Shown piece by piece: positions 1 to 7,196 of a stretch of 20,000 nt of DNA. Under the pieces are notes generated by a model. The model made no database searches. It was not told the origin of the DNA and was given only the letters and a program-made list of their open reading frames with translations. This DNA comes from an uncultured virus (IMG/VR IMGVR_UViG_3300021185_003430) (Duplodnaviria; Heunggongvirae; Uroviricota; Caudoviricetes), in the IMG/VR virus record IMGVR_UViG_3300021185_003430; one strand, written 5' to 3'. The stretch's first letter is position 1; each line of letters opens with the position of its first letter. Made by a program: the position numbers and the translations under genes.

Positions 1-137
1 TCTATCCAGTAACTCATACGTAATAGAGCGTCCATCATAATTGGATATTCTTGTTTTTTTTCTAATACATTTATTCCATAACGCATTTCAATAAATTTTG
101 CTAAATCAGGTAAGATTTTAGCATTTATTCTAATCAT
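1..137 (-). CDS. Hypothetical protein, partial (runs off window start)
   Basis: Manual translation: ATG at 137, MIRINAKILPDLAKFIEMRYGINVLEKKQEYPIMMDALLRMSYWI..., open to base 1. AGGAGA Shine-Dalgarno at 143-148 overlaps the thyA stop. Confidence 0.75.
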   Translation of the reverse strand, partial: MIRINAKILPDLAKFIEMRYGINVLEKKQEYPIMMDALLRMSYWI

Positions 138-146
138 TATTATCTC

Positions 147-1043
147 CTATACTGCCATTTCCGCTTTAATGCTTGGCATAGGGTTATACCCTAACAGCTC
201 ATAATTGCTTGTACTTGTATTTAACACTTCTTCCAAACTGTCAAATCTGGGCATTACGAGGAAGGGTATTTTTTCGTGTGGTTGACGTTGTAATTGCTGA
301 GTAACTTGTGACATATGATTTTGATATATATGACAATCTCCTCCAGTCCATATAAAATTTCCTACTTTTAGATTGCATATTTGTGCAAGCATGTGTGTTA
401 ACAGGCTATAGCTTGCAATGTTAAAAGGCACGCCTAGAAACATGTCTGCGCTTCTCTGATAGAGCTGACAGCTCAGTGTGCCGTTCATTACCCTAAACTG
501 TGCTAGTGTATGACAAGGAGGCAATGCCATTTTATCAAGTTGATTAGGGTTCCAAGCACTTAGTATAATACGTCGACTATCTGGATTAGTTTTAATCTCA
601 TTAATAATCCAGCTAATCTGGTCTGTACCTTGGAGATGCGGTGTACCAACCCAATACTCTCCGTCAAAGTTGCGCCATTGATGTCCGTATACTGGTCCAA
701 GACGTTTGTAATCATCATCGTCATTTTTTACATAACCCAAGTCTTTTGCTTGTTTGTTGGCATTGGCAGTCCAGATGGTATTCTTATCCGACAGTTCTTC
801 TCGATCTTTCTCAAACGTGATCTCTGCTAATCGTCTCTCATCAGTGCTGCCCTCTAAAAACCATAGTAGTTCTCCCACTACGCTACGCCAGGCTAGTTTT
901 TTAGTTGTTACCGCTGGAAAACCTTGTTGTAGATTAAAACGCATTTGATAACCAAATACACTTTTAGTACCTACTCCTGTTCTATCTGAGACATCTTCTC
1001 CACTATCTAAAATATATTGTAATGCATCTAAATATTGTTTCAT
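147..1043 (-). CDS. thyA: Thymidylate synthase
   Basis: DRTGVGT, ELLWFL, DSRRIILSAWNP, catalytic MALPPCH, YQRSADMFLGVPFNIASY (Asn = dUMP specificity), GDCHIY, C-terminal MAV. Confidence 0.98.
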   Translation of the reverse strand: MKQYLDALQYILDSGEDVSDRTGVGTKSVFGYQMRFNLQQGFPAVTTKKLAWRSVVGELLWFLEGSTDERRLAEITFEKDREELSDKNTIWTANANKQAKDLGYVKNDDDDYKRLGPVYGHQWRNFDGEYWVGTPHLQGTDQISWIINEIKTNPDSRRIILSAWNPNQLDKMALPPCHTLAQFRVMNGTLSCQLYQRSADMFLGVPFNIASYSLLTHMLAQICNLKVGNFIWTGGDCHIYQNHMSQVTQQLQRQPHEKIPFLVMPRFDSLEEVLNTSTSNYELLGYNPMPSIKAEMAV

Positions 1044-1546
1044 TTTAATCCTGTACTAAATTTTTCTAGTATTTTTACTGTCATGCCCTCTGCTGACTCA
1101 CTTGCTAGTTCTGTATGCGTCCGTAATATATCCTTCAAAGGTATAAACGTATCACATTTGTATTCTTTGTCCATAATAGTTAAGTAAATTCTATCTATGT
1201 GAGGAATCACTTGCTTTACAATATCAGCACCTCCTATAACCCAAATAGGTCTATTTTCGTCAGCCCTTTCTTGTTCAATACGTAATAATTCTTTCAGTAT
1301 GTCACCAGAAATATATTCATCTGCACCCTCGTTGTCTTCTGGACGTGTTGTCACTACTACATTATATCTAGAAGGCAAAGGACTAGGCATAAATGGATCT
1401 TGCCATGTCTTGCTTCCCATTATTACTGTACACTGACTAGTATGTCTTTTAAACCAGGCCAAATCCTTAGAATTTTTAGGCCATGGCAATGTTCCGTTGC
1501 TTGCAATGCCGCCTTTTGCATCACACGCTATAATTAAATTTATCAC
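1040..1546 (-). CDS. folA: Dihydrofolate reductase
   Basis: GIASNGTLPWP, DLAWFK, VIMGSKTW, PLPSRYNVVVT, WVIGGADI, CDTFIP. GTG start; ATGA overlap with thyA. Confidence 0.96.
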   Translation of the reverse strand: MINLIIACDAKGGIASNGTLPWPKNSKDLAWFKRHTSQCTVIMGSKTWQDPFMPSPLPSRYNVVVTTRPEDNEGADEYISGDILKELLRIEQERADENRPIWVIGGADIVKQVIPHIDRIYLTIMDKEYKCDTFIPLKDILRTHTELASESAEGMTVKILEKFSTGLK

Positions 1547-2252
1547 TTTGTTCTTCCTTAAGGTGTTCCCATGTTTCTTGCCATGTATTTACCTCAATAC
1601 ATTTCACTTTACTAAAATTACCATTCTCTAATGCTACTTTTAGTGCATAATCATTGCCACCCTCAAACATCGCATCACCAAAGAAGGTTATTTCACTTGT
1701 CTTTGCAAAGTCTTTAATAATTTGACCTTTATCTGCTCCTTTTGGTGCGATATCTAATCCAGTTTCGCCTCCAATAGTTGCCTGTAAATCTGGAAAGAGA
1801 GTATTAAATGCGTCTGCAGTTTTTTTCCTACTATTTGTCTTTTTATCGTATTCTATAAATTTTGCTCGTTGCTCTGGAGTACCATTGCGTCCTAGTACAC
1901 TATAGTTCACCATTCCAGGACGAGTTTCAATGTGCAATCCAGTCCTTATATGAAAATTTTCTTCATATAAACACTGTAATAAAAATTGTCTAGCAATATC
2001 TGGCAACACCCAATTGCTTGACCGCATTAATGCTTCTTTAATCCAGTATTGACTACCACTACATTGATAAACACCTCTACATCTGTTGTATATTACATGT
2101 CCAATTTGTTCTATTGTCTTGGGCCTGTCACTGCCAGTAACAATATACACTTTTTCACGTTCACAGAACTTGCTAAACCAAACAGCAAATTTTTTATCAA
2201 TGCCTTTTCTGCTTGGTGTTAGGGTTCCATCAACGTCAAATAAGTATATCAT
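1521..2252 (-). CDS. HAD-IIB phosphomannomutase-like protein (PMM2/Sec53 type)
   Basis: FDVDGTLT nucleophile motif, TGSD, IETRPGMVNYSVLGRN, IGGETGLDIAPKGADK, FFGDAMFEGGND. Start reassigned to ATG 2252 (MIYLFD), which forms an ATGA overlap with the upstream gene. Confidence 0.85.
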   Translation of the reverse strand: MIYLFDVDGTLTPSRKGIDKKFAVWFSKFCEREKVYIVTGSDRPKTIEQIGHVIYNRCRGVYQCSGSQYWIKEALMRSSNWVLPDIARQFLLQCLYEENFHIRTGLHIETRPGMVNYSVLGRNGTPEQRAKFIEYDKKTNSRKKTADAFNTLFPDLQATIGGETGLDIAPKGADKGQIIKDFAKTSEITFFGDAMFEGGNDYALKVALENGNFSKVKCIEVNTWQETWEHLKEEQSDKFNYSV

Positions 2253-2530
2253 AAGGCATTCCAAATCAATGTTACTAGGGCAAATGAATTCATGGCTGTA
2301 AACCAACAACATAGCAGGAATGCTGTGCTTTTTCTTCTCCATGTGCTAAACATTGCACAGATACTGCCTACAAAATACAATGGTATAAAGATATGTGTGG
2401 CAGGATCTAATACAGTAAAACTAAGTGTAGCACTTGCCGCTACTAGAATTACAGTTTCAAATGCTTCTACAACTGTCGCAGTTGGATCATTCCTATAACT
2501 TGTTTTAAAAAAATTAATAATTTTATTCAT
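2249..2530 (-). CDS. Small membrane protein (about 3 TM helices)
   Basis: Three hydrophobic segments; overlaps neighbours on both sides. Confidence 0.7.
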   Translation of the reverse strand: MNKIINFFKTSYRNDPTATVVEAFETVILVAASATLSFTVLDPATHIFIPLYFVGSICAMFSTWRRKSTAFLLCCWFTAMNSFALVTLIWNAL

Positions 2531-2753
2531 TCATATCGTCCCATCTCATTAAGATATTATTTAAGCCAACCTGCATAACACTGTACTCGTTTAATTCTTC
2601 TGTAAATGTTTTAATTTCATTTACTTGTTCTTCAGTAAGTTCGTGTAATTCTATTATATCATAATAGTCCATAATATAGTCTTCTACAGAGTCAATAATC
2701 TCACGCTCAAAAGATTCTTCAAACTTGTGTATTTTATTCCATTCAAATGCCAT
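2523..2753 (-). CDS. Acidic hypothetical protein
   Basis: 76 aa ORF with AAGGA RBS upstream; fits gene tiling. Confidence 0.75.
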   Translation of the reverse strand: MAFEWNKIHKFEESFEREIIDSVEDYIMDYYDIIELHELTEEQVNEIKTFTEELNEYSVMQVGLNNILMRWDDMNE

Positions 2754-2765
2754 TTTATTTCCTTA

Positions 2766-3074
2766 CTAATGTTTAACTACCATTGCTACTGCATATTCTT
2801 TTTCGTCTGATACACTTAGGTTCCATATACCTTCTATATCTGTAATAACAATAGGTTGTTTACCTTTTTTTCCGTATGCAAACTTTTTAGCATTTGTAAT
2901 GCCGCTTGCTTTGATTGAAGCTTCTTTAACTGCCCAGCATTTGGATATATACTCTGGTGTTAACTCTTTTTGCTTCTCTGATTCTGTTAAAAACTTATTG
3001 GTAAACTTAGTACCATATTTTTCAAATAAATTTTTAATTCTGTTAATAGACACAATATCAACGCCTATGTTCAT
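2766..3074 (-). CDS. acpS: Holo-[acyl-carrier-protein] synthase (4'-phosphopantetheinyl transferase, AcpS type)
   Basis: IGVDIVSINRI, FLTESE, WAVKEASIKA, LSVSDEKEYAVAMVV match AcpS motifs. Compact at 102 aa. Confidence 0.88.
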   Translation of the reverse strand: MNIGVDIVSINRIKNLFEKYGTKFTNKFLTESEKQKELTPEYISKCWAVKEASIKASGITNAKKFAYGKKGKQPIVITDIEGIWNLSVSDEKEYAVAMVVKH

Positions 3075-3622
3075 TTTATATCCTCAATATTAATAGGGGT
3101 GTAATTGATTTGTTCCACGCTAACATTACGATATGGACCATCTGGACTAGGATTACTGTGTATATGACCATGTACATTTATTGCATCTTGCCAAATTAAA
3201 TTTTCAGCACTTGTTTTTCCATCTGCATTTATTGGTCTTGACAATCCTCCTTTGTGTAAAGGTACGTGTGTGGCTAAAATATTAAAGTCTTTGAAATGAT
3301 GCCATATCTCTACTGATTGAAACCACTGGTAAGCACATATCATTGGAATATTATCATGGTTACCTGCAATTAAATACTTAAATCCATTTAACCTTTTCCA
3401 ATTATTTTCCATCCAACTAACTTTGTTTAATCCAAACACCACATCTCCTAAATGATATACCTTATCTCCAGGCTTAACTACACTATTCCAGTTATCTATC
3501 ATATATTCGTTCATTTCATCAACATTTTCAAATCCAGGCCTAGTTAAATTGCCCGCCCAGTCACGAAAATACATCATCTGTTCATGATTGAAATGAGTGT
3601 CACTGATTAACCATATATTCAT
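3071..3622 (-). CDS. Calcineurin-like metallophosphoesterase
   Basis: SDTHFNH, HLGDV, GNHD, THVP, HGHIH metal-binding motifs. Confidence 0.92.
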   Translation of the reverse strand: MNIWLISDTHFNHEQMMYFRDWAGNLTRPGFENVDEMNEYMIDNWNSVVKPGDKVYHLGDVVFGLNKVSWMENNWKRLNGFKYLIAGNHDNIPMICAYQWFQSVEIWHHFKDFNILATHVPLHKGGLSRPINADGKTSAENLIWQDAINVHGHIHSNPSPDGPYRNVSVEQINYTPINIEDIK

Positions 3623-3626
3623 ACGA

Positions 3627-3827
3627 TTATTTATTTTCTTTTTTGGTTATAGCCCAGCTACCATCCTTGTTTTCTATCCATTCAAGATCATCTCCTTCAG
3701 ACCAACCAACTTGATCAAGTACATCTTGGGGGAACTCAATATAGAGTTCTTTTGTTTTTCCATTTTCTTGTACAGTTAAAATCCATTTTTTATCATTTAC
3801 TCTTTTTGTGTCGTGTATCACCACCAT
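3627..3827 (-). CDS. Small protein resembling the AbrB/MazE/SpoVT swapped-hairpin DNA-binding domain
   Basis: LYIEFPQDVLDQVGWSEGDDLEW resembles the IP..(L)..LG...GD.L pattern of the family. Exact start uncertain. Confidence 0.6.
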   Translation of the reverse strand: MVVIHDTKRVNDKKWILTVQENGKTKELYIEFPQDVLDQVGWSEGDDLEWIENKDGSWAITKKENK

Positions 3828-4189
3828 AAATCTCCGTAATATTTTCCAAAGAGCTCGAACCCTTCTTTCATTTTTTCTTCTGTTTCATCCATACACTTCT
3901 TACATGGTTCTGAGTACAAATCATCACACTGTGATTGGCATGCATCAAAACTATCAAAATGTTTAGATTTTATTTCAAATGCACAAATCATTTTATCTAA
4001 TATTTCGTTCCATTTTTCTTCTGTAAGACTTTCAGGGTATCCTGTGTTTACTTCTTTTAATTGAACAAGACATGGATATATGATATGAGATAAAGTTTCA
4101 TCTAAACTATAACTATCCCAATTGTCAATATGCACATCTATTTGTCTGTCATCTGCATCATCTTTATATGGACCTATAGTAACTTTCAT
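3818..4189 (-). CDS. Hypothetical phage-type protein (paralog A)
   Basis: 123 aa with ATGA overlap; segments HIDNWDSYSLD...KWNEILDKMI...GFELFGKYYGDLW. Confidence 0.8.
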   Translation of the reverse strand: MKVTIGPYKDDADDRQIDVHIDNWDSYSLDETLSHIIYPCLVQLKEVNTGYPESLTEEKWNEILDKMICAFEIKSKHFDSFDACQSQCDDLYSEPCKKCMDETEEKMKEGFELFGKYYGDLWW

Positions 4190-4539
4190 AAACTCATCTC
4201 CCTTAAATATCTCGAAACTAATCTTAGGCCATTTTGTATTCTGTCTTCGTATTTCATAAGATCCAACACATTGTCTTTAATTATAAGATTATTCTCATTG
4301 GCTTGATAGCAAATGTGATTACATGTCCATTCGATTTCAGCCAAGATATAAAACCAACGTTTTTTATCATCTGTAATATCACTAGGTGCATCATTTAGAT
4401 CCATTATTGGAGGAGTAGACCTGTTTTTAGTTTTATACACCAGCACTAAGACCAGATAGCAGACGATAACATCTATATTTTTTAGATCGTCCTCATCTAT
4501 TTCAATAGTTCGGTTTTCATTTGAAAATTTATACAGCAT
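4186..4539 (-). CDS. Hypothetical protein (paralog B), probably leaderless
   Basis: 117 aa. ATG lies 5 nt downstream of a -10 box and has no SD. Colinear similarity to 3818..4189. Confidence 0.75.
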   Translation of the reverse strand: MLYKFSNENRTIEIDEDDLKNIDVIVCYLVLVLVYKTKNRSTPPIMDLNDAPSDITDDKKRWFYILAEIEWTCNHICYQANENNLIIKDNVLDLMKYEDRIQNGLRLVSRYLREMSL

Positions 4540-4544
4540 AACTT

Positions 4545-4573
4545 ATAATACAGCAATTCTTGGATTTAGTCAA
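4545..4573 (-). promoter_or_regulatory. Sigma70-type promoter TTGACT-N17-TATTAT
   Basis: -35 at 4573-4568 and -10 at 4550-4545 with a 17-nt spacer, in a short intergenic gap. Confidence 0.75.
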
Positions 4574-4575
4574 TA

Positions 4576-4824
4576 TCAATATTTAAAAAAACCTGCATCT
4601 TCATTATCTTTAAATCCAGCAGTATATGAATCTATCTCATATTGTGTCATATCATGTAGTTCAACTCTATCCCCAATATATGTTCCCAAAGGATACCAGT
4701 GAGGATCAAAGTCCCTACGATAGTAACTGTCTGCACCGCCTCTATCATAGGGACTTCCATTCTCTTCTCTATCCAAAAGTTTGTCAGCAATATCCAAACC
4801 TACTTGTTTGCTAATACTTTTCAT
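4576..4824 (-). CDS. Hypothetical phage-type protein
   Basis: 82 aa, GSPYDRGGADSYYRR segment, ATGA overlap with the HD gene. Confidence 0.75.
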   Translation of the reverse strand: MKSISKQVGLDIADKLLDREENGSPYDRGGADSYYRRDFDPHWYPLGTYIGDRVELHDMTQYEIDSYTAGFKDNEDAGFFKY

Positions 4825-5327
4825 GCCGCCTCTGCAATAGGAATACTTGCTATTCTAAATAATGGATGATCCTTGACTTTATCCATTACCTCGAGCATTT
4901 GCGACTTTTCCTGCAAATATAGCTGGGCAAAATTTGGATCATTACGTACTATACTACCAGTGTTGTCTATAAAGTCAGCTAGTTTTATTAGCTGTACGTC
5001 AGCACTAGCATTTGCTATCCTGTCTCTATCCAAGGCTTTACGAGTTTTACGATTTCCTTTGGATAAATCCACATCAGTTAATCCAAATACTAGATCACCC
5101 ACAACAGTACCAAACTTTATACGTATCTCATCATGAGTTACAGGAGTATCCTCTACCACATCATGTAGTAGAGCAGCCGCAACCATGTCATCAGTTCCAC
5201 CATTATGAGCAACTATTTCACTAACACGAATAGGATGTGTTATGTATGGGTCATTAGAGTATTTGCGAGTCTGACCTGCATGGGCCACTTCTGCAAAAAA
5301 CTTTGCTCTATCTATTAGTATACTCAT
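4821..5327 (-). CDS. Stand-alone HD-domain (p)ppGpp hydrolase-like protein (SpoT hydrolase / Mesh1 type small alarmone hydrolase)
   Basis: AHAGQTRKYSNDPYITHPIRV, AALLHDVVEDT, VFGLTD, IKLADFIDN. No synthetase domain. Confidence 0.88.
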   Translation of the reverse strand: MSILIDRAKFFAEVAHAGQTRKYSNDPYITHPIRVSEIVAHNGGTDDMVAAALLHDVVEDTPVTHDEIRIKFGTVVGDLVFGLTDVDLSKGNRKTRKALDRDRIANASADVQLIKLADFIDNTGSIVRNDPNFAQLYLQEKSQMLEVMDKVKDHPLFRIASIPIAEAA

Positions 5328-5482
5328 TACACAGATCTCGCTTCTAGTTCAGTGACCTTTACACCATATTGACTTGCAACGCCACCTTTTGCAAGTGATC
5401 TGAGGATAGCACCATTGCTATCATCAGAATATTCATAACCAAGAAAAACATCACCACAATAAATTCTCCAACATTTAATCAA
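5327..5482 (-). CDS. Small hypothetical protein (51 aa)
   Basis: 3' half of track ORF 5327..5593. Likely TTG start at 5482 forms a TTGA overlap with the upstream small ORF; TAATG overlap with the HD gene. Confidence 0.55.
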   Translation of the reverse strand: MIKCWRIYCGDVFLGYEYSDDSNGAILRSLAKGGVASQYGVKVTELEARSV

Positions 5483-5613
5483 AACAACATGCCCAAATGT
5501 CCTAGTGCAAGTACATACTTGCCTATAAACCAAATCTGTGATGTTATAAAGGCACCTGCAATTGCAGTTCCAATAATTGCACCTGTGTTCCATTCGATTG
5601 TTTGACTAAACAT
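5479..5613 (-). CDS. Small membrane protein (44 aa), missing from the ORF track
   Basis: Manual translation MFSQTIEWNTGAIIGTAIAGAFITSQIWFIGKYVLALGHLGMLF*. TAATG overlap with the upstream stop at 5613. Confidence 0.7.
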   Translation of the reverse strand: MFSQTIEWNTGAIIGTAIAGAFITSQIWFIGKYVLALGHLGMLF

Positions 5614-5933
5614 TATACAACCTCCTCAAAACCCATCATTGCAACTTCGTACAGTGTAGTACCAACAAGCATCTGGTCACCCATTGAGGTTGATCGCAAT
5701 CCCATACCACCTTCATGTAGTGGTGCCATCACTTTTACGTTAGGATTGTAGTCTCCATTTGCTTCACCATTATCAAATGTTTGTTCTTTACGGCTCCAAG
5801 AACCCATTACGTTGTTAGTCCAACGATAAGCATACTCAAGTGCTTCTTCTACTTTCATATCATCAGCAACATCAACAAATGCTACTGTACGTGGTGTATC
5901 TTCGAACGCTTTATGAATAACTGCTACTTGCAT
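5613..5933 (-). CDS. Hypothetical protein, possibly YodL-like domain
   Basis: AAGGAAG RBS; first gene after a promoter. LEYAYRWTN...GLRSTSMGD...YEVAMMGF resembles the YodL-like RSLSVSD...YVD..GF pattern. Confidence 0.6.
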   Translation of the reverse strand: MQVAVIHKAFEDTPRTVAFVDVADDMKVEEALEYAYRWTNNVMGSWSRKEQTFDNGEANGDYNPNVKVMAPLHEGGMGLRSTSMGDQMLVGTTLYEVAMMGFEEVV

Positions 5934-5964
5934 AATTACTTCCTTTTGCTTAACTTACTCTTAT

Positions 5965-5993
5965 ACTCTAAAGTAAGACGCATTGGTTGTCAA
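5965..5993 (-). promoter_or_regulatory. Sigma70-type (early) promoter TTGACA-N17-TAGAGT
   Basis: Perfect -35 at 5993-5988, -10 at 5970-5965, A-tract-rich upstream region to about 6070. Confidence 0.75.
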
Positions 5994-5994
5994 G

Positions 5995-6019
5995 AAAAAA
6001 GCGAACCTAAATTCGCTTT
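5995..6019 (-). terminator. Intrinsic terminator hairpin
   Basis: Minus strand AAAGCGAA-TTTAGG-TTCGCTTT followed by TTT; lies just after the stop at 6024. Confidence 0.65.
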
Positions 6020-6023
6020 GTTT

Positions 6024-6209
6024 TCAATAGGTTGTAATTTTTTTCAACTTTTTTTTAATTTTTTTAAATAAAATACGTGTTCTTCTTACACATACCATAA
6101 ACGGAGCACCTTTAGGCAAGCCATCTCGCTCCCAATCTATTCCATTAGCTTCATCTTTTTCACGAGCCTCTTTAGCTGCGGCTTCTACATATGCTAACCA
6201 TGCACTCAT
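6024..6209 (-). CDS. Small hypothetical protein
   Basis: TAATG overlap at 6209. The Lys-rich tail is encoded by the A-tracts. Confidence 0.6.
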   Translation of the reverse strand: MSAWLAYVEAAAKEAREKDEANGIDWERDGLPKGAPFMVCVRRTRILFKKIKKKLKKITTY

Positions 6210-6457
6210 TACGTTTTCCTATAACTATTCTTACCACTTATTTTGTTAATAAACATATCTTGTTCCCTTGCCTCATACCATTCATCTTCGCCTTCATATA
6301 TATCACATTGATCTATTATATCTTGCAAATGCCAATATAAATCCAGCAACTGAATTTTGTATTGGCTCCGTTGAAAGCCGTCCAAAACTTTATCTGCTTC
6401 ATTACTTTTGATATAATCTATCTCTCTTTTTATTTGTATTATAGGTTCTAAAAGCAT
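6209..6457 (-). CDS. Hypothetical protein
   Basis: 82 aa ORF that fits the tiling. Confidence 0.7.
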   Translation of the reverse strand: MLLEPIIQIKREIDYIKSNEADKVLDGFQRSQYKIQLLDLYWHLQDIIDQCDIYEGEDEWYEAREQDMFINKISGKNSYRKT

Positions 6458-6464
6458 TTATATT

Positions 6465-6617
6465 CTACTCTTTATCTTTTCTACGTACCTTGTATAACAA
6501 AGGTATTCCTCCTCTACCAGAACCAATAGTAGACAAATAAAATTCTATTTTATACCCATCTTTATAAACTGTGGGTATATGTGGTTTGCTAAAAAAATTT
6601 ATAATTTTCCTAATCAT
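6465..6617 (-). CDS. Small basic protein (50 aa), missing from the ORF track
   Basis: Manual translation MIRKIINFFSKPHIPTVYKDGYKIEFYLSTIGSGRGGIPLLYKVRRKDKE*. ATGA overlap with the stop at 6614. Confidence 0.6.
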   Translation of the reverse strand: MIRKIINFFSKPHIPTVYKDGYKIEFYLSTIGSGRGGIPLLYKVRRKDKE

Positions 6618-7195
6618 TCTGGATGTACACCTGTGTTTCCTGATAGCAATCTTCTTCTTTGTAGTTCCCTAAATGTCATGGGGGTGGCATGAATGTTAGG
6701 CTTTTTTTTTACTGTGACTGTCTTCATTGGTCCATCTAGCCCAGTAGGATGGAATTCATATAGATCTTTCTGCTTACTCTCACTCGAACCACCTTTATTT
6801 TTAATTTTAAATTCGCCCTGAGTCTGCCTGCCATTTTCTAATCTTTTCTTAAGTTCCTGCATAGTATCTCGATTTTGTTTAGTATAAGGTACTACATAAT
6901 ATTTTGGTCTTGTATCTGATAATGAAGTATCTAACGCAACAAAATAAATTACAGGGTCTGCAACTTCTACCCATTTAATTTCTACAGTTTCATTTACAGG
7001 AAATCCTTTAATAGGCGAACCTAGTAGTGCTAAGATAATATTAGAACTATATATTGTGCTAACAAGCAATAATGGTGTTAGTATAAACACCATTAAATAA
7101 TTTCTTCTAGATATTATTAGTGCATATATGGTTGTTGAACCTAATGCAAATAGTAATAATATTATAAAGTAAAGTTCTGAGTATACATTCATCAT
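6614..7195 (-). CDS. Membrane protein (2 N-terminal TM helices plus soluble domain), third gene of the putative motor module
   Basis: Hydrophobic at about residues 8-29 and 33-58, then LGSP...VADPVIYF...PKYYVVPY. Lies 1 nt from the upstream gene. Confidence 0.8.
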   Translation of the reverse strand: MMNVYSELYFIILLLFALGSTTIYALIISRRNYLMVFILTPLLLVSTIYSSNIILALLGSPIKGFPVNETVEIKWVEVADPVIYFVALDTSLSDTRPKYYVVPYTKQNRDTMQELKKRLENGRQTQGEFKIKNKGGSSESKQKDLYEFHPTGLDGPMKTVTVKKKPNIHATPMTFRELQRRRLLSGNTGVHPE

Positions 7196-7196
7196 T

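Noticed and set aside
147..1043. thyA as a base-modifying dCMP/dUMP hydroxymethylase or an intron-containing td gene
   Set aside because: Canonical PFNIASY Asn and full ThyA motifs, adjacent DHFR, and an uninterrupted ORF.
5550..5590. Palindrome CTGCAATTGCAG and short GCACCTG repeats
   Set aside because: Explained by repeated Gly/Ala/Ile codons in the small membrane ORF.
5483..5593. Cys-rich N-terminus of track ORF 5327..5593 as a metal-binding or RiPP precursor peptide
   Set aside because: It is the alternative frame of a better-supported 44-aa membrane ORF (5479..5613) that has coupled start and stop.
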